From the NCBI GenBank assembly GCA_041657405.1, contig JBBABX010000001.1, forward strand, positions 106,316 to 170,315: a stretch of 64,000 bases of DNA, in the 5' to 3' direction. Position 1 is the stretch's first letter; every line of letters starts with the position of its first letter. This document shows positions 27,505 through 36,915 of this stretch, in pieces. The notes under the pieces are model-generated. The model saw nothing but the letters and a program-made list of their open reading frames with translations. It was not told the origin of the DNA and did no database searches. The position numbers were made by a program, and so were the translations under genes. The stretch comes from Minisyncoccota bacterium (GTDB taxonomy: Bacteria > Patescibacteriota > Minisyncoccia > Phycocordibacterales > XYD1-FULL-46-19).

Positions 27505-28875
27505 TTAAGAAGTGTAAAGTAGGGATCTAATTTGTTCAATTTCTTGATTCAAAAGTGAATTATTTTTCATATCATTTTTTATTTTTTCATAAGCATGAAT
27601 AACTGTTGTGTGATCCCTTCCTCCTAATTTTTGACCAATATAAGGGTAAGAAGTATTAAAATCTTCTCTTAAAATATACATTATTATTTGACGCGGTTTA
27701 ACAACCTCCTTTCTCCTTGTTTTTTCATAGAGGATCTTTTCTTCAATATTATAATAATTAGCAACAACACTTAAAACATCTTTAATAGAAAGGGTTTTTT
27801 TAGGTTTAATACTATATTTAATCATTTGTTTTATTTCTTGTAGAGTCAACTCTCTTCCTTTTGAATTAATCTGGCAGGAAATGGATTTTAAAGCGCCTTC
27901 TAACTCACGAATATTATCCTGAATAACAGAAGCTAAGTATTCTAATATTTCTTCAGCAATAGATATTGAATTACTTTTTGTTTTGTTTTTTAAAATTGCT
28001 AAACGAGATTCATAATCAGGTTTAGAAACATCAACAATCATTCCTCCTTCAAACCTAGAACGCAATCTTTCTTCTAGGTTAGGAATATATTTAGGTGATT
28101 TATCAGAAGAAAAAATAATCTGTTTATTATTTTCATAGAGATGATTAAATAAATGAAATAGTTCTTCTTGAAATTTTTCTTTATTAGAAAAAAATTGGAC
28201 ATCATCCATTATTAATAAATCATATTTTCGATATTTTTCTTTAAATTGATTAGCTTTATTACTTTGGATAGAATTAATATAATCAATTCCAAAATTTTCC
28301 GAAGTTACATAATAAACACTTTTTTCAGGAAAACTACTTTTAATATGGTTGCCGACTGCTTGAATTAAGTGAGTTTTTCCTAACCCTGTCCCACCGTAAA
28401 TAAATAAAGGATTATAAACTTGCCCAGGATTTTTTAAAATAGCTTGAGAGGCTGCGTAGGCGACATCATTAAAAGAACCTACTATAAAATCATTAAAAGT
28501 ATATTTAGGGTTTAAATTACTTTCTTTGTTTATATACAAATCTTTAAGACCCAAATCATCAACAGCTGAAATTGTTTTTTCTGTTTTTTTATCTTTAGAT
28601 TGTTTTAATTTATCCTCTAATTTTATTATTTGATATTCTATTGATCTAATATCGGGGTCGATATCCCTTAAGGATTTTAGAATAAATTTATGATATTTAT
28701 TAGATAACCAATCACGAACAAAAGTATTGGGGACATTTAAAAAAACAATACCATCTTCAACTTTGTTTATTTCAGTATGTTTGAACCATGTGCCAAAATT
28801 AGCTTTAGAAATACCCATTTCTATCTCATTAAGAGTGTTACCCCAAAGCTTTTTAGTATCTAATGTTTCATCCAT
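27505..28875 (-). CDS. dnaA: Chromosomal replication initiator DnaA
   Basis: LNPKYTF, YNPLFIYGGTGLGKTHL, DDVQF, RLRSRF, GGRDHTTVIHA. Confidence 0.99.
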   Translation of the reverse strand: MDETLDTKKLWGNTLNEIEMGISKANFGTWFKHTEINKVEDGIVFLNVPNTFVRDWLSNKYHKFILKSLRDIDPDIRSIEYQIIKLEDKLKQSKDKKTEKTISAVDDLGLKDLYINKESNLNPKYTFNDFIVGSFNDVAYAASQAILKNPGQVYNPLFIYGGTGLGKTHLIQAVGNHIKSSFPEKSVYYVTSENFGIDYINSIQSNKANQFKEKYRKYDLLIMDDVQFFSNKEKFQEELFHLFNHLYENNKQIIFSSDKSPKYIPNLEERLRSRFEGGMIVDVSKPDYESRLAILKNKTKSNSISIAEEILEYLASVIQDNIRELEGALKSISCQINSKGRELTLQEIKQMIKYSIKPKKTLSIKDVLSVVANYYNIEEKILYEKTRRKEVVKPRQIIMYILREDFNTSYPYIGQKLGGRDHTTVIHAYEKIKNDMKNNSLLNQEIEQIRSLLYTS

Positions 28876-29051
28876 TAACTAGATTATATTCATTGTGGAT
28901 AAGTTAAGCAAACTTTACAACTATGTTTATAAGTAGTGGATTAGTTGTTAATTACTTTTTGTTTTTTTTAAAATTTAAAAACAACTTGTAAAATAAGAGT
29001 TTTTAAGAACCAAGTATTGATTATTTTTTTAAATAATATAGAATTAAAATT
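28876..29051. promoter_or_regulatory. dnaA/rpmH divergent promoter region with DnaA boxes
   Basis: Perfect box TGTGGATAA 28894-28902; near-boxes at 28924 and 28935. Confidence 0.7.
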
Positions 29052-29186
29052 ATGTCGTTTACATACAAACCCAAAAAAAAGAAAAGAGCTAAAACACATG
29101 GTTTTTTGGCACGAAAAGCAACTACTGCTGGGAAAAAGGTTCTTAAAAGACGAATAGCTAAAAAAAGGTCTAAATTAACTGTTTAG
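29052..29186 (+). CDS. rpmH: 50S ribosomal protein L34 (not in ORF track)
   Basis: MSFTYKPKKKKRAKTHGFLARKATTAGKKVLKRRIAKKRSKLTV*; canonical synteny. Confidence 0.95.
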   Translation: MSFTYKPKKKKRAKTHGFLARKATTAGKKVLKRRIAKKRSKLTV

Positions 29187-29190
29187 TTTA

Positions 29191-29547
29191 ATGTTTCCCC
29201 AAAAGAGGAGGATAAATAAAACTCTTTTTCCAGATATTCTTAAAAAGAGTATTTTTTTTAAAGGGGTGGAGATATCTTTAAGGGTTTCTCCTCAAATAAA
29301 TAAAACTTTTCCATCTCTATTTAGTGTCGTTATTTCCTCTAAAGTGTCCCCTAAGGCGGTTGAGCGGAATTTTTTAAAAAGAAGAGTCCGATCTGCTCTA
29401 CAAAGTCAACTAGATAAGATTAAAGCAGGATATTATTTAATTTTTTATATAAATGATAAAAATTTAGCCAATTTGGATTTTTTAAAACTAAAAGAAAAAA
29501 TCTTAATTTTAATTAAAAAAGCAAAACTTCTTAATAAAAATGTTTAA
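29191..29547 (+). CDS. rnpA: Ribonuclease P protein component
   Basis: SKVSPKAVERNFLKRR (RNR motif); synteny with rpmH and yidC. Confidence 0.92.
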   Translation: MFPQKRRINKTLFPDILKKSIFFKGVEISLRVSPQINKTFPSLFSVVISSKVSPKAVERNFLKRRVRSALQSQLDKIKAGYYLIFYINDKNLANLDFLKLKEKILILIKKAKLLNKNV

Positions 29548-30283
29548 AACCCTTCTTTTTAACCCCCTTTATAACATCCTCATTATTATTATTAACCTTA
29601 TCCCTGGTGGTGATATTGGTTTGGCGATTATTATTTTAACAATTTTGATTAAACTTTTAATTTTACCGATTTACATTAAATCAATTAGAACTCAGGTGAA
29701 AATGAAGGAAATAGAGCCTAAACTTAAAGAAGTAAAACGAAAATATGAAAAAGACTTACCTGAACAATCAAAACAAATAATGGAGCTCTATAAGGAAAAC
29801 AAGGTTAACCCCTTTTCTAGTTTTTTAGTTTTACTTATCCAATTACCAATAATTCTAGCTTTATTCTATGTTTTTCGTGATAGTTTGGTTGTTCATCAAG
29901 ACATAATCTATTCTTTTGTTTCCATTCCAGAGAAAATTAATCCTCAATTTCTTGGTTTAATTGATATCTCAATGAATAAAAATGTGGTTTTGGCAATTTT
30001 AACTGGTTTAACTCAATTTATTCAAGTTCAGTTGACAATGCCTAAGCCAAAAAATAAAAAAATTAGTCCTCAATCAAAAGAACAACCAACTTTTGGGGGT
30101 GATTTTGCTCGTAGTATGGATATCCAAGTGCGCTATGTTATGCCATTTATTATTTCTTTTATTGCTTGGCAATTACCAGCCGCCATCTCTCTTTATTGGA
30201 TAACCAGTAATATCTTTCATTTAGTATCTGGTTTGAAAATAAAAAAAGAACAAAACAACCCCCTTTCTTTTAAGGAGGTTTAA
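29540..30283 (+). CDS. yidC: Membrane protein insertase YidC/Oxa1
   Basis: GLAIIILTILIK, LYKENKVNP, LLIQLPI, LYWITSN. Confidence 0.95.
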   Translation: MFKTLLFNPLYNILIIIINLIPGGDIGLAIIILTILIKLLILPIYIKSIRTQVKMKEIEPKLKEVKRKYEKDLPEQSKQIMELYKENKVNPFSSFLVLLIQLPIILALFYVFRDSLVVHQDIIYSFVSIPEKINPQFLGLIDISMNKNVVLAILTGLTQFIQVQLTMPKPKNKKISPQSKEQPTFGGDFARSMDIQVRYVMPFIISFIAWQLPAAISLYWITSNIFHLVSGLKIKKEQNNPLSFKEV

Positions 30284-30296
30284 GTTTTCTGTTACT

Positions 30297-31532
30297 CTAA
30301 TTATTTAAAGAGATAATTCTTATTTTTTTACTATTCCGGTCAATAGCAAAAATCTCATTTTGGTCTTTATTGTATTTTAGATTTATCAAATCACCCAGCA
30401 TCTGATTGTCGGTAATCAAATTAACATTACCATTAGAAGCGTTTATTACCCAAAGATTGTCATCAAACCGAACTTTACCTTGGTACCAATCATCAGGGTA
30501 GTTGGCTTTTGTGATATTCTTAGGCACAGCACAAAAAATCATATCCCCAACCTCATTCCAAACACATTTTTCAGGGAAAGTTGATAAGCTTAAGCGGAAA
30601 GATTTGTCTAGTTTGTAATCGTAAAGATAGGTTGAAATATTATCTAAGGTGTTACGAGAGTAGATTATTTTATTAGCATTCGGCCCAACTAAGGCGAGCA
30701 AACCCTCAATATTTCTTAGAATGGGTTCAAAAGAGCCATTATTGATATTTAAAAAGAAAAGATGGCCTGGAACATCAAAAGATGGTTTGGTTTGAAAAGT
30801 AATATAATTTGGATTGGGCCAACAAATTGACCATTCACTAAGGGGAGAGGAGAAAATTTTCTTTTGGTTGTTTAAATTAAAATCAGCAATATAACCATCT
30901 ATTCCCCCCTGTCTTCCATTTATAACAAAAACCTTGTCTTTTTGAGGGGAAACAGTAAAAGATAAAAGATTATCACTCAAAATATTTGTTTCCAGCTCCT
31001 TTATTTCACCAGTTTTGGTTAATTTGATTAAGCCTGAGGTGTTGTTGAATAAACCACTATTTGAACGGCGTAAAATTAAGCGTAGGCCGTTTTTATCCAA
31101 ACCCCAAACAACTTCCTCAACTCTAGGAAAAGTTGTATTTGTGAGACGATTTAAACCTTCTGATGGGGTATATTCAAAAATATTGCCACTAGGTTTGTCA
31201 AAAATAAAAATTTTAGTAGTGGTTCCTATTTTAAAAGCACTTAAACTCAGTGCGGATAGATTATCAATAGATAAGAATGAGAGATTGTTTTCCGTAGTTT
31301 CCCCTATTAATTTAATAGAATTATCAGAATTCTCACCCTGATTGTCTGGAATATCTGATTCCACATCTTCTTTTTCTAATGAACGGTTGTCAGAGATAGG
31401 AAAAACTGGACCAGGTGATTGTGTTTGAGTTTTTAAAGAGTCTCGGTTTTGAAAGAAAAAGACATAAAAAATAACATCCAAAGTGATAAAGATAATAATT
31501 ATTAAAATAATTAAAAGAGTTTTTTTTGTCAT
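30297..31532 (-). CDS. Membrane-anchored beta-propeller-like (TolB-like) hypothetical protein
   Basis: N-terminal TM helix, repeated beta-strand blades, PEKCVW...FCAVP...PDDWYQG. Confidence 0.6.
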   Translation of the reverse strand: MTKKTLLIILIIIIFITLDVIFYVFFFQNRDSLKTQTQSPGPVFPISDNRSLEKEDVESDIPDNQGENSDNSIKLIGETTENNLSFLSIDNLSALSLSAFKIGTTTKIFIFDKPSGNIFEYTPSEGLNRLTNTTFPRVEEVVWGLDKNGLRLILRRSNSGLFNNTSGLIKLTKTGEIKELETNILSDNLLSFTVSPQKDKVFVINGRQGGIDGYIADFNLNNQKKIFSSPLSEWSICWPNPNYITFQTKPSFDVPGHLFFLNINNGSFEPILRNIEGLLALVGPNANKIIYSRNTLDNISTYLYDYKLDKSFRLSLSTFPEKCVWNEVGDMIFCAVPKNITKANYPDDWYQGKVRFDDNLWVINASNGNVNLITDNQMLGDLINLKYNKDQNEIFAIDRNSKKIRIISLNN

Positions 31533-31534
31533 TT

Positions 31535-31957
31535 TTAAAGGTTTAGATTAAATTGGACTAAATCTGGATTAATTATATAAAGAATTAAATAAGAAAAGCC
31601 AGCGATTGCTAATCCCCAAAAAGCATCTTTTAGTCTTTTCTTTGCTTTTGATTTGCTTGAGATCACATCAGTCATCATATATTCGAAACCAGCCCAAACA
31701 ATCATAATAACGGCCGCTGAAAAAACTATTACAAAGAATGTTTGGTAAGCTCCCTTAAGATAAGTTGTTAGTTTTATAGGTTCTTTTGCTATTTCTCCGA
31801 TCCCTGTTAAAGCGCTGGGTTCTAGAAGAATATATCCAGTTTTATTTTCTTGCTGTGCGGAAGCTTTAAGAGCCAAAGTTAAGTAACTAAGAAAATATAA
31901 ATAAATCAAACTGTAAAAAAAATTTTTTAATTTAATTTGAATCATTATTAAAGTCAA
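31535..31957 (-). CDS. Pilin-like protein (VirB2/TrbC-type)
   Basis: Signal peptide; AVIMIVWAGFEYM...AKKRLKDAFWGL...YLILYIINPDL two-helix pattern. Confidence 0.7.
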   Translation of the reverse strand: MTLIMIQIKLKNFFYSLIYLYFLSYLTLALKASAQQENKTGYILLEPSALTGIGEIAKEPIKLTTYLKGAYQTFFVIVFSAAVIMIVWAGFEYMMTDVISSKSKAKKRLKDAFWGLAIAGFSYLILYIINPDLVQFNLNL

Positions 31958-32939
31958 TTACCTGCTTATTGAAATTTATTAATAAAGAGCTGATTGCTTT
32001 TTGTGTAGAATTACTATTTGCAACAACTAGATTTATTTTGCTTAAACCCTCCGTCTCTGGTTTATAACGAAAAGTGACTAAAGAATTATCATTTGGTGGG
32101 GTAAATTTTTGATTATTTAATAACCAACTAAATGAAGGTTGTCCAATTTGGTTTAAACCAAAGAAATAAGGTTGAGCTTTGATTGTTATTTCTTGGTTGA
32201 TCAAAGTTAGGTTGTTACTCAAGGCATTATTATAGTCTATTCCCTCGAGCGGCTTTGATTCATAGAAAATAATTTTTGGTGCTTGGGGTTTTATTGATAA
32301 ACTATTTTCGGCTACTAAATTATTAGAAGAATCACTGACTAAAACATTTATTATTTTTTCTGTGAAATCTTTGTTGGCAGAAGTCAAAAAGGTGTTTCGT
32401 CCGATACCAGAAGAATTAGAAACTAAATTTCCATTAATATACCAACGGTAAGAAAGATTTTCTGATAAAGTTTTTTTGCCTGAAGAATTAATGATATTTG
32501 GAATAGCCCAAATTTTGATCAAGCTTTCTGGGGTTGGTAAGGCTTTGCCGCGGTAAAAATTAGGGACTTCCGTGCCGGCTTGCCAAACTAAATTAACTTC
32601 AGCTGGTTCAAAAATTAAAGTTTTTGACATCTGATACTGGTTATTTTTGATGATTATTTTCACTTGATTACTTGTACCAGCTTTTCCAACAAAAAAAGAA
32701 AACTGCTTTTTATTAGTATAAGAATCTTGTAGTTTATTATCTAAATACCAATTAATAAAATTACCCTGAAGATTAAAACCAAAACTTTTTAAAGTTATAA
32801 TAACTCGTTCGCCTGGAGAGGGATTTTCGGGGCGAACTTCGGCAATAAAATTACCCGATGATTCAATTTCTCGGACAGCAAAAACTAAAGTTGGAAAAGA
32901 TATCTGTAGTAAAATGAAAAAGATAAAAATTTTTTTCAT
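31932..32939 (-). CDS. Secreted multi-Ig/PKD-like hypothetical protein
   Basis: Signal peptide, three W-containing beta-sandwich-like repeats, PNFYRGKALP. Confidence 0.6.
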   Translation of the reverse strand: MKKIFIFFILLQISFPTLVFAVREIESSGNFIAEVRPENPSPGERVIITLKSFGFNLQGNFINWYLDNKLQDSYTNKKQFSFFVGKAGTSNQVKIIIKNNQYQMSKTLIFEPAEVNLVWQAGTEVPNFYRGKALPTPESLIKIWAIPNIINSSGKKTLSENLSYRWYINGNLVSNSSGIGRNTFLTSANKDFTEKIINVLVSDSSNNLVAENSLSIKPQAPKIIFYESKPLEGIDYNNALSNNLTLINQEITIKAQPYFFGLNQIGQPSFSWLLNNQKFTPPNDNSLVTFRYKPETEGLSKINLVVANSNSTQKAISSLLINFNKQVIDFNNDSN

Positions 32940-32946
32940 ACAAGTT

Positions 32947-33372
32947 TTATTTAATTGCGGCAATTTTATTAAACTTTCCAGTTCCGCTGTTTTTAAAATC
33001 TCCTAAGGCGGTGGCTAAGGCTTGGGCAGCCAAGGGTGAAATGGAACCAGCAACATCTTCAGCATAAGTAATTGCCAATAATATTATAACACTAGAAGTC
33101 CAAGCGGGTAAGCTGTTAATAACGGGAAAAAACTCCAAAAGAAATGACCCTCCCATAGTCAAAGCTTTGTTGGGCTTTGCAAAACTTAGACCTTTTAATT
33201 TAAACCAAAACCAAAAAGTTAAAAAAGACCAAAAATTTATGAAAGGATTTACTAACCAACCAATCGTTCCCACAGAGATAAGATCAATGAGGGCTTGCAG
33301 GCCATCATAAATTAGGGCAACTATTACCATGAAGATCCCGATTATCGGATTTATTCTCAATTTTAACTTCAT
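32947..33372 (-). CDS. Membrane hypothetical protein in the secretion cluster
   Basis: Hydrophobic 141-aa ORF with LEFFPVINSLPAWT motif. Confidence 0.65.
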   Translation of the reverse strand: MKLKLRINPIIGIFMVIVALIYDGLQALIDLISVGTIGWLVNPFINFWSFLTFWFWFKLKGLSFAKPNKALTMGGSFLLEFFPVINSLPAWTSSVIILLAITYAEDVAGSISPLAAQALATALGDFKNSGTGKFNKIAAIK

Positions 33373-33373
33373 T

Positions 33374-35197
33374 TTAAGATAATTTTTGTTGTTGGGTAGC
33401 CGCCAACTCTGCTTTGGCCTTTTTAATTGCTAAAATTTGTGACGGATCGGAAGTGATTATTTGATCTTCGGTATAAGAAGCGATAACCTCAATGGCTACT
33501 CTTTTAAGACCAGCAATAAAAATTCCACGACCAATAGAAGCCTCTAAAAGAAAATACTTTTCTTCCTCGGTTAAATTAAAGGTTTTTTGCACAGCTTCTA
33601 TTGAGGCTGGCGATTGTTTTAATAAGATTTGAATTGAAGAGTTTTGAATAATTGGCGCGCCATATTGTGATTTCATAAAATCTTCCACATCTTGAGTAAT
33701 TGTGGCTACTCCTAGATAATATTTACGTCCTCTTTTTGCTAAAGAATATAAAAAAGAAGCTGTATCTTCTGATTTCATCATCCACCAAGCCTCATCCACA
33801 ACCAAAAGTCTTTTTCGTAAATTGCGACGAATAGAACTCCAAATATGTTGCATTACAATATACATTGCGACTGGCTTGAGCTCATCTTCCATATCTCGGA
33901 TGGAGAAAACCACGAATTTTTTATTGATATCAACATTTGTAGGTCTGTTCAAAAAACCAGCCCAAGTGCCTTGAGTATATTTTAAAAGACGTTGGGCTAG
34001 AGATTCCCCTCCTTCCATTCCTGCCAAAACCAGTTCTAGGTCAGAAAGCAAGGGGGCGGAAACTTTAGTAAAATCTGAATCGGGGGTGATATCTTTAAGG
34101 GCGTAAGTTTCAGAGATGGCATTATCTAGAATAGAATCTTCTTCGGGGCTTAAGCCTCCAAGCATTAAACGAAAAAGACCAACTAAGTTGATAATATTTG
34201 AGCGTAAGATATCAGCTGGGGACTCATCTTCTCTGGGGAAAGGTAGGTCAAAAGGATTAATATGGTGTTCGGAGGTAAGGGAGATGTTAAAATAGCGTCC
34301 CCCAACTGCTTCAGCCAAAAATTCATATTCGCGTTCGGGGTCAAGGACAATGATTTCAGTATCAAACATTAAGCTGCGCAAGATTTCTAATTTAGTAGAA
34401 TAAGATTTTCCAGAACCAGATTTGGCAAAAATGACGGAATTATAGTTTTCCAAAGAAAAACGATCAAATATAACCAAAGATGAGTTGTGTAAATTTCGTC
34501 CAAAAAGAATTCCTTTATTAGAAGTTAAATCAAAAGAAATAAAAGGAAAGAGGCTGGAAAGCGGGGTTGAATTCATTTTATAATTTACATTTAATTGGTC
34601 GGTAGCAAAAGGGATAACACTCTTAAAACCGCTTTCTTGCAAATAGGTGGCAGTTTTAAGATAGATCAATTTTGAATCCAAAATTGATCTAATCTCATTT
34701 TCTATCTTATCCAACTCGTCTTCCTCGTCGCCATAAATAGTTATATAGAGACCAACAGCAAAAATTTTCTCAGTTGCTTGCTGAAGTTGGTCGCGAAGAT
34801 TTTCGATATCGGCTTGCGCGGTGTCAAGTTGGGGGTCGCGAACCATTCCCTTCATTGCTCTTTCTTGGATTTGGCTTTCTACTTCGGCAATTTTCTTTTG
34901 CAAAGCACGCAGAGTGGAGGTAGTATCAAGGGGATGAATAAAAATAGAAACATCAAAGATGGTGTCTAAATTAATAACTGGTGAAAACCATTCTTCCGGT
35001 AAAAAACGAGGATAAGAAATAACATATAAAGTGCGAATAACCTTTCCTCCCAGGCTGATACTTTTAGGGGTGATGCGCAAAGCTGATGGGGCGATAATAT
35101 CTTTTAACTCTAAAACACCCATTTCATAAATATCTTGCGGCATAATAGGCGTGATAATTTCTTTCTTTTTTTCTTTTTTAAAAGGTAGAGATAACAT
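33374..35197 (-). CDS. VirB4/TraC-like type IV secretion ATPase
   Basis: AKSGSGKS Walker A, LDPEREY, HINPFD, LLVVDEAW Walker B, RKYYLG..TITQ. Confidence 0.92.
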   Translation of the reverse strand: MLSLPFKKEKKKEIITPIMPQDIYEMGVLELKDIIAPSALRITPKSISLGGKVIRTLYVISYPRFLPEEWFSPVINLDTIFDVSIFIHPLDTTSTLRALQKKIAEVESQIQERAMKGMVRDPQLDTAQADIENLRDQLQQATEKIFAVGLYITIYGDEEDELDKIENEIRSILDSKLIYLKTATYLQESGFKSVIPFATDQLNVNYKMNSTPLSSLFPFISFDLTSNKGILFGRNLHNSSLVIFDRFSLENYNSVIFAKSGSGKSYSTKLEILRSLMFDTEIIVLDPEREYEFLAEAVGGRYFNISLTSEHHINPFDLPFPREDESPADILRSNIINLVGLFRLMLGGLSPEEDSILDNAISETYALKDITPDSDFTKVSAPLLSDLELVLAGMEGGESLAQRLLKYTQGTWAGFLNRPTNVDINKKFVVFSIRDMEDELKPVAMYIVMQHIWSSIRRNLRKRLLVVDEAWWMMKSEDTASFLYSLAKRGRKYYLGVATITQDVEDFMKSQYGAPIIQNSSIQILLKQSPASIEAVQKTFNLTEEEKYFLLEASIGRGIFIAGLKRVAIEVIASYTEDQIITSDPSQILAIKKAKAELAATQQQKLS

Positions 35198-35839
35198 TTA
35201 AGTAGTTAAATTAGGAGTTTGATTTTCTCCCGGGTTATACATTTTAAAATAAAGTTCAATCATTTCTTCGGTTCCTAAAATATCTGCGCGCAAACCAACT
35301 CGTGACAGTCCTCCCTTAACAACATTGATTCGTTGATTTAATTGTTCTACGTTTTCATCAAAATCGTTGTTTAAGGTAGTTTTTTGGGGTTTTTTGTTAA
35401 CCATGCTAGTTATTTTTGAAATAATTCCTTCCCCACCCTTTTTAATAATCGGCGGAGTATAAGGTATTACAATAAAAAAACTTTTAGTCATAACATTATT
35501 TCTTTCGGTAAAAACTCTTATAAATTCCATATATTCCTTAATTTGGATTTTCAGCAACTCGTTTGTTTGTTCGATCATCCGTTGCTCAAGAATGGAAATA
35601 TAAGGTTGAATGTCCAAACGTCTTGATTGAATATATATTTGAACGAGAAAATCAAGCGAATTTAGAAAGTTTTGATAACCAAAAAGGATTGCTTTTTTTT
35701 CGTCTTCTGATTTTAGACCAAAATTTAAAGATGAAACCATTAAAACAGAACGCATGGAATTATCTTTAAGAATCAGAACGCCGTTGCGAATCTCTTTAAT
35801 AGGCACAAAATCTTGAGTTGTTTTTCTTCTTTCGGGCAT
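35198..35839 (-). CDS. T4SS-associated protein (TraC/VirB4-N-like)
   Basis: TQDFVPIKEIRNG, VSSLNFGLKSEDEK, FLNSLDF; lies between PrgI and VirB4. Confidence 0.7.
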   Translation of the reverse strand: MPERRKTTQDFVPIKEIRNGVLILKDNSMRSVLMVSSLNFGLKSEDEKKAILFGYQNFLNSLDFLVQIYIQSRRLDIQPYISILEQRMIEQTNELLKIQIKEYMEFIRVFTERNNVMTKSFFIVIPYTPPIIKKGGEGIISKITSMVNKKPQKTTLNNDFDENVEQLNQRINVVKGGLSRVGLRADILGTEEMIELYFKMYNPGENQTPNLTT

Positions 35840-35844
35840 TTTAT

Positions 35845-36282
35845 TTATTGTTCATCATTATTCAACCTTTTAACATCCAAACTCCAAGCAAGTTCATTCA
35901 GTTTACTTTCCGATAAACGTGGTAATTTTAGGTTTGCAGCTTGGTCAGAGTTAACAATATTCGGAGTGTTTTTGGGGATTTTTGAAGTATTTTTTTCGTC
36001 TTTTTTCCAAATATAAAGTTTGCTGCCCAAGGAATATTTGACAAAAGCTTCTAAAACTACAATAAATGGTTGGCCGTTATATTTTATAAATGCTAGAGCT
36101 AGGGCTAAGGCGGCTACTCCAGCAATAGGAATTATTTTTAGGATAAAAGGTAGGGGTAGCCAGACATAAAGAATAAAACAAATTCCTCCTCCACCAACTA
36201 AGTACAAAAATTGTTTAAAGGTAAGTGGTCCAAAAATTTTATCCTCCATCTCAATAAATTGTGGTATTTGAAATTGTTGCAT
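35845..36282 (-). CDS. PrgI-family (VirB3-like) membrane protein
   Basis: QFQIPQFIEMEDKIFGPLTFKQF plus two TM helices. Confidence 0.85.
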   Translation of the reverse strand: MQQFQIPQFIEMEDKIFGPLTFKQFLYLVGGGGICFILYVWLPLPFILKIIPIAGVAALALALAFIKYNGQPFIVVLEAFVKYSLGSKLYIWKKDEKNTSKIPKNTPNIVNSDQAANLKLPRLSESKLNELAWSLDVKRLNNDEQ

Positions 36283-36360
36283 AGATTTCCCTTATAATTA
36301 TAACTTAGTTCAACTTTAAATAAAACAACTCGCTTTATTCAGCGAGTTGTTAATAAAAAT

Positions 36361-36897
36361 TTAAGTTATTGGCTCACGATAGGGATCATGCCTCGGAGGC
36401 GTTTCTGTTGTTTTTTCTGGGGTGGTGGCGGTTGATTTGTCAGTCACTTCTACTTTTTCTCGTGGTAATCCATAATTAGAAGTTGTTTTTTGAGAAAAAG
36501 TATCTGCAGTCGAAATCTCCTCTTTTTTTTCTGGTTGACTTGTCTCAAGAGATTCAGGCTTGGCAGATGTGTTTTTAGGTTGGACAGTCGCTTCTTTCAT
36601 TGCAGTTCTTATTTTATTCAAAATTTCCTGATTTAATTCATAAGTAACGAGATTGATCACATCAGTAGAAAGCCCAGTCTCTTTAGTTAGGGTATTATTA
36701 AAATCATTTGGTTTAATAATACCCACAATAAATAAACGAACTACAATGGCCATTTTCCCAATCTGATCAATATTTAAATGGTGTTTTTTTCCAATTTTAA
36801 TTAGAAGGGAGGCGGTTTCTTCGGAATCAAGAATTTCCACTACATTTTCTGGTAAATTACTTTTTGCTTGTTTGATTTGTTCCTTGTTTAAATTCAT
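36361..36897 (-). CDS. Conserved hypothetical protein
   Basis: LPENVV...IGKKHHLNIDQ N-terminus and DPYREPI C-terminus. Confidence 0.7.
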   Translation of the reverse strand: MNLNKEQIKQAKSNLPENVVEILDSEETASLLIKIGKKHHLNIDQIGKMAIVVRLFIVGIIKPNDFNNTLTKETGLSTDVINLVTYELNQEILNKIRTAMKEATVQPKNTSAKPESLETSQPEKKEEISTADTFSQKTTSNYGLPREKVEVTDKSTATTPEKTTETPPRHDPYREPIT

Positions 36898-36915
36898 AGA
36901 TATTAAATCAATTTA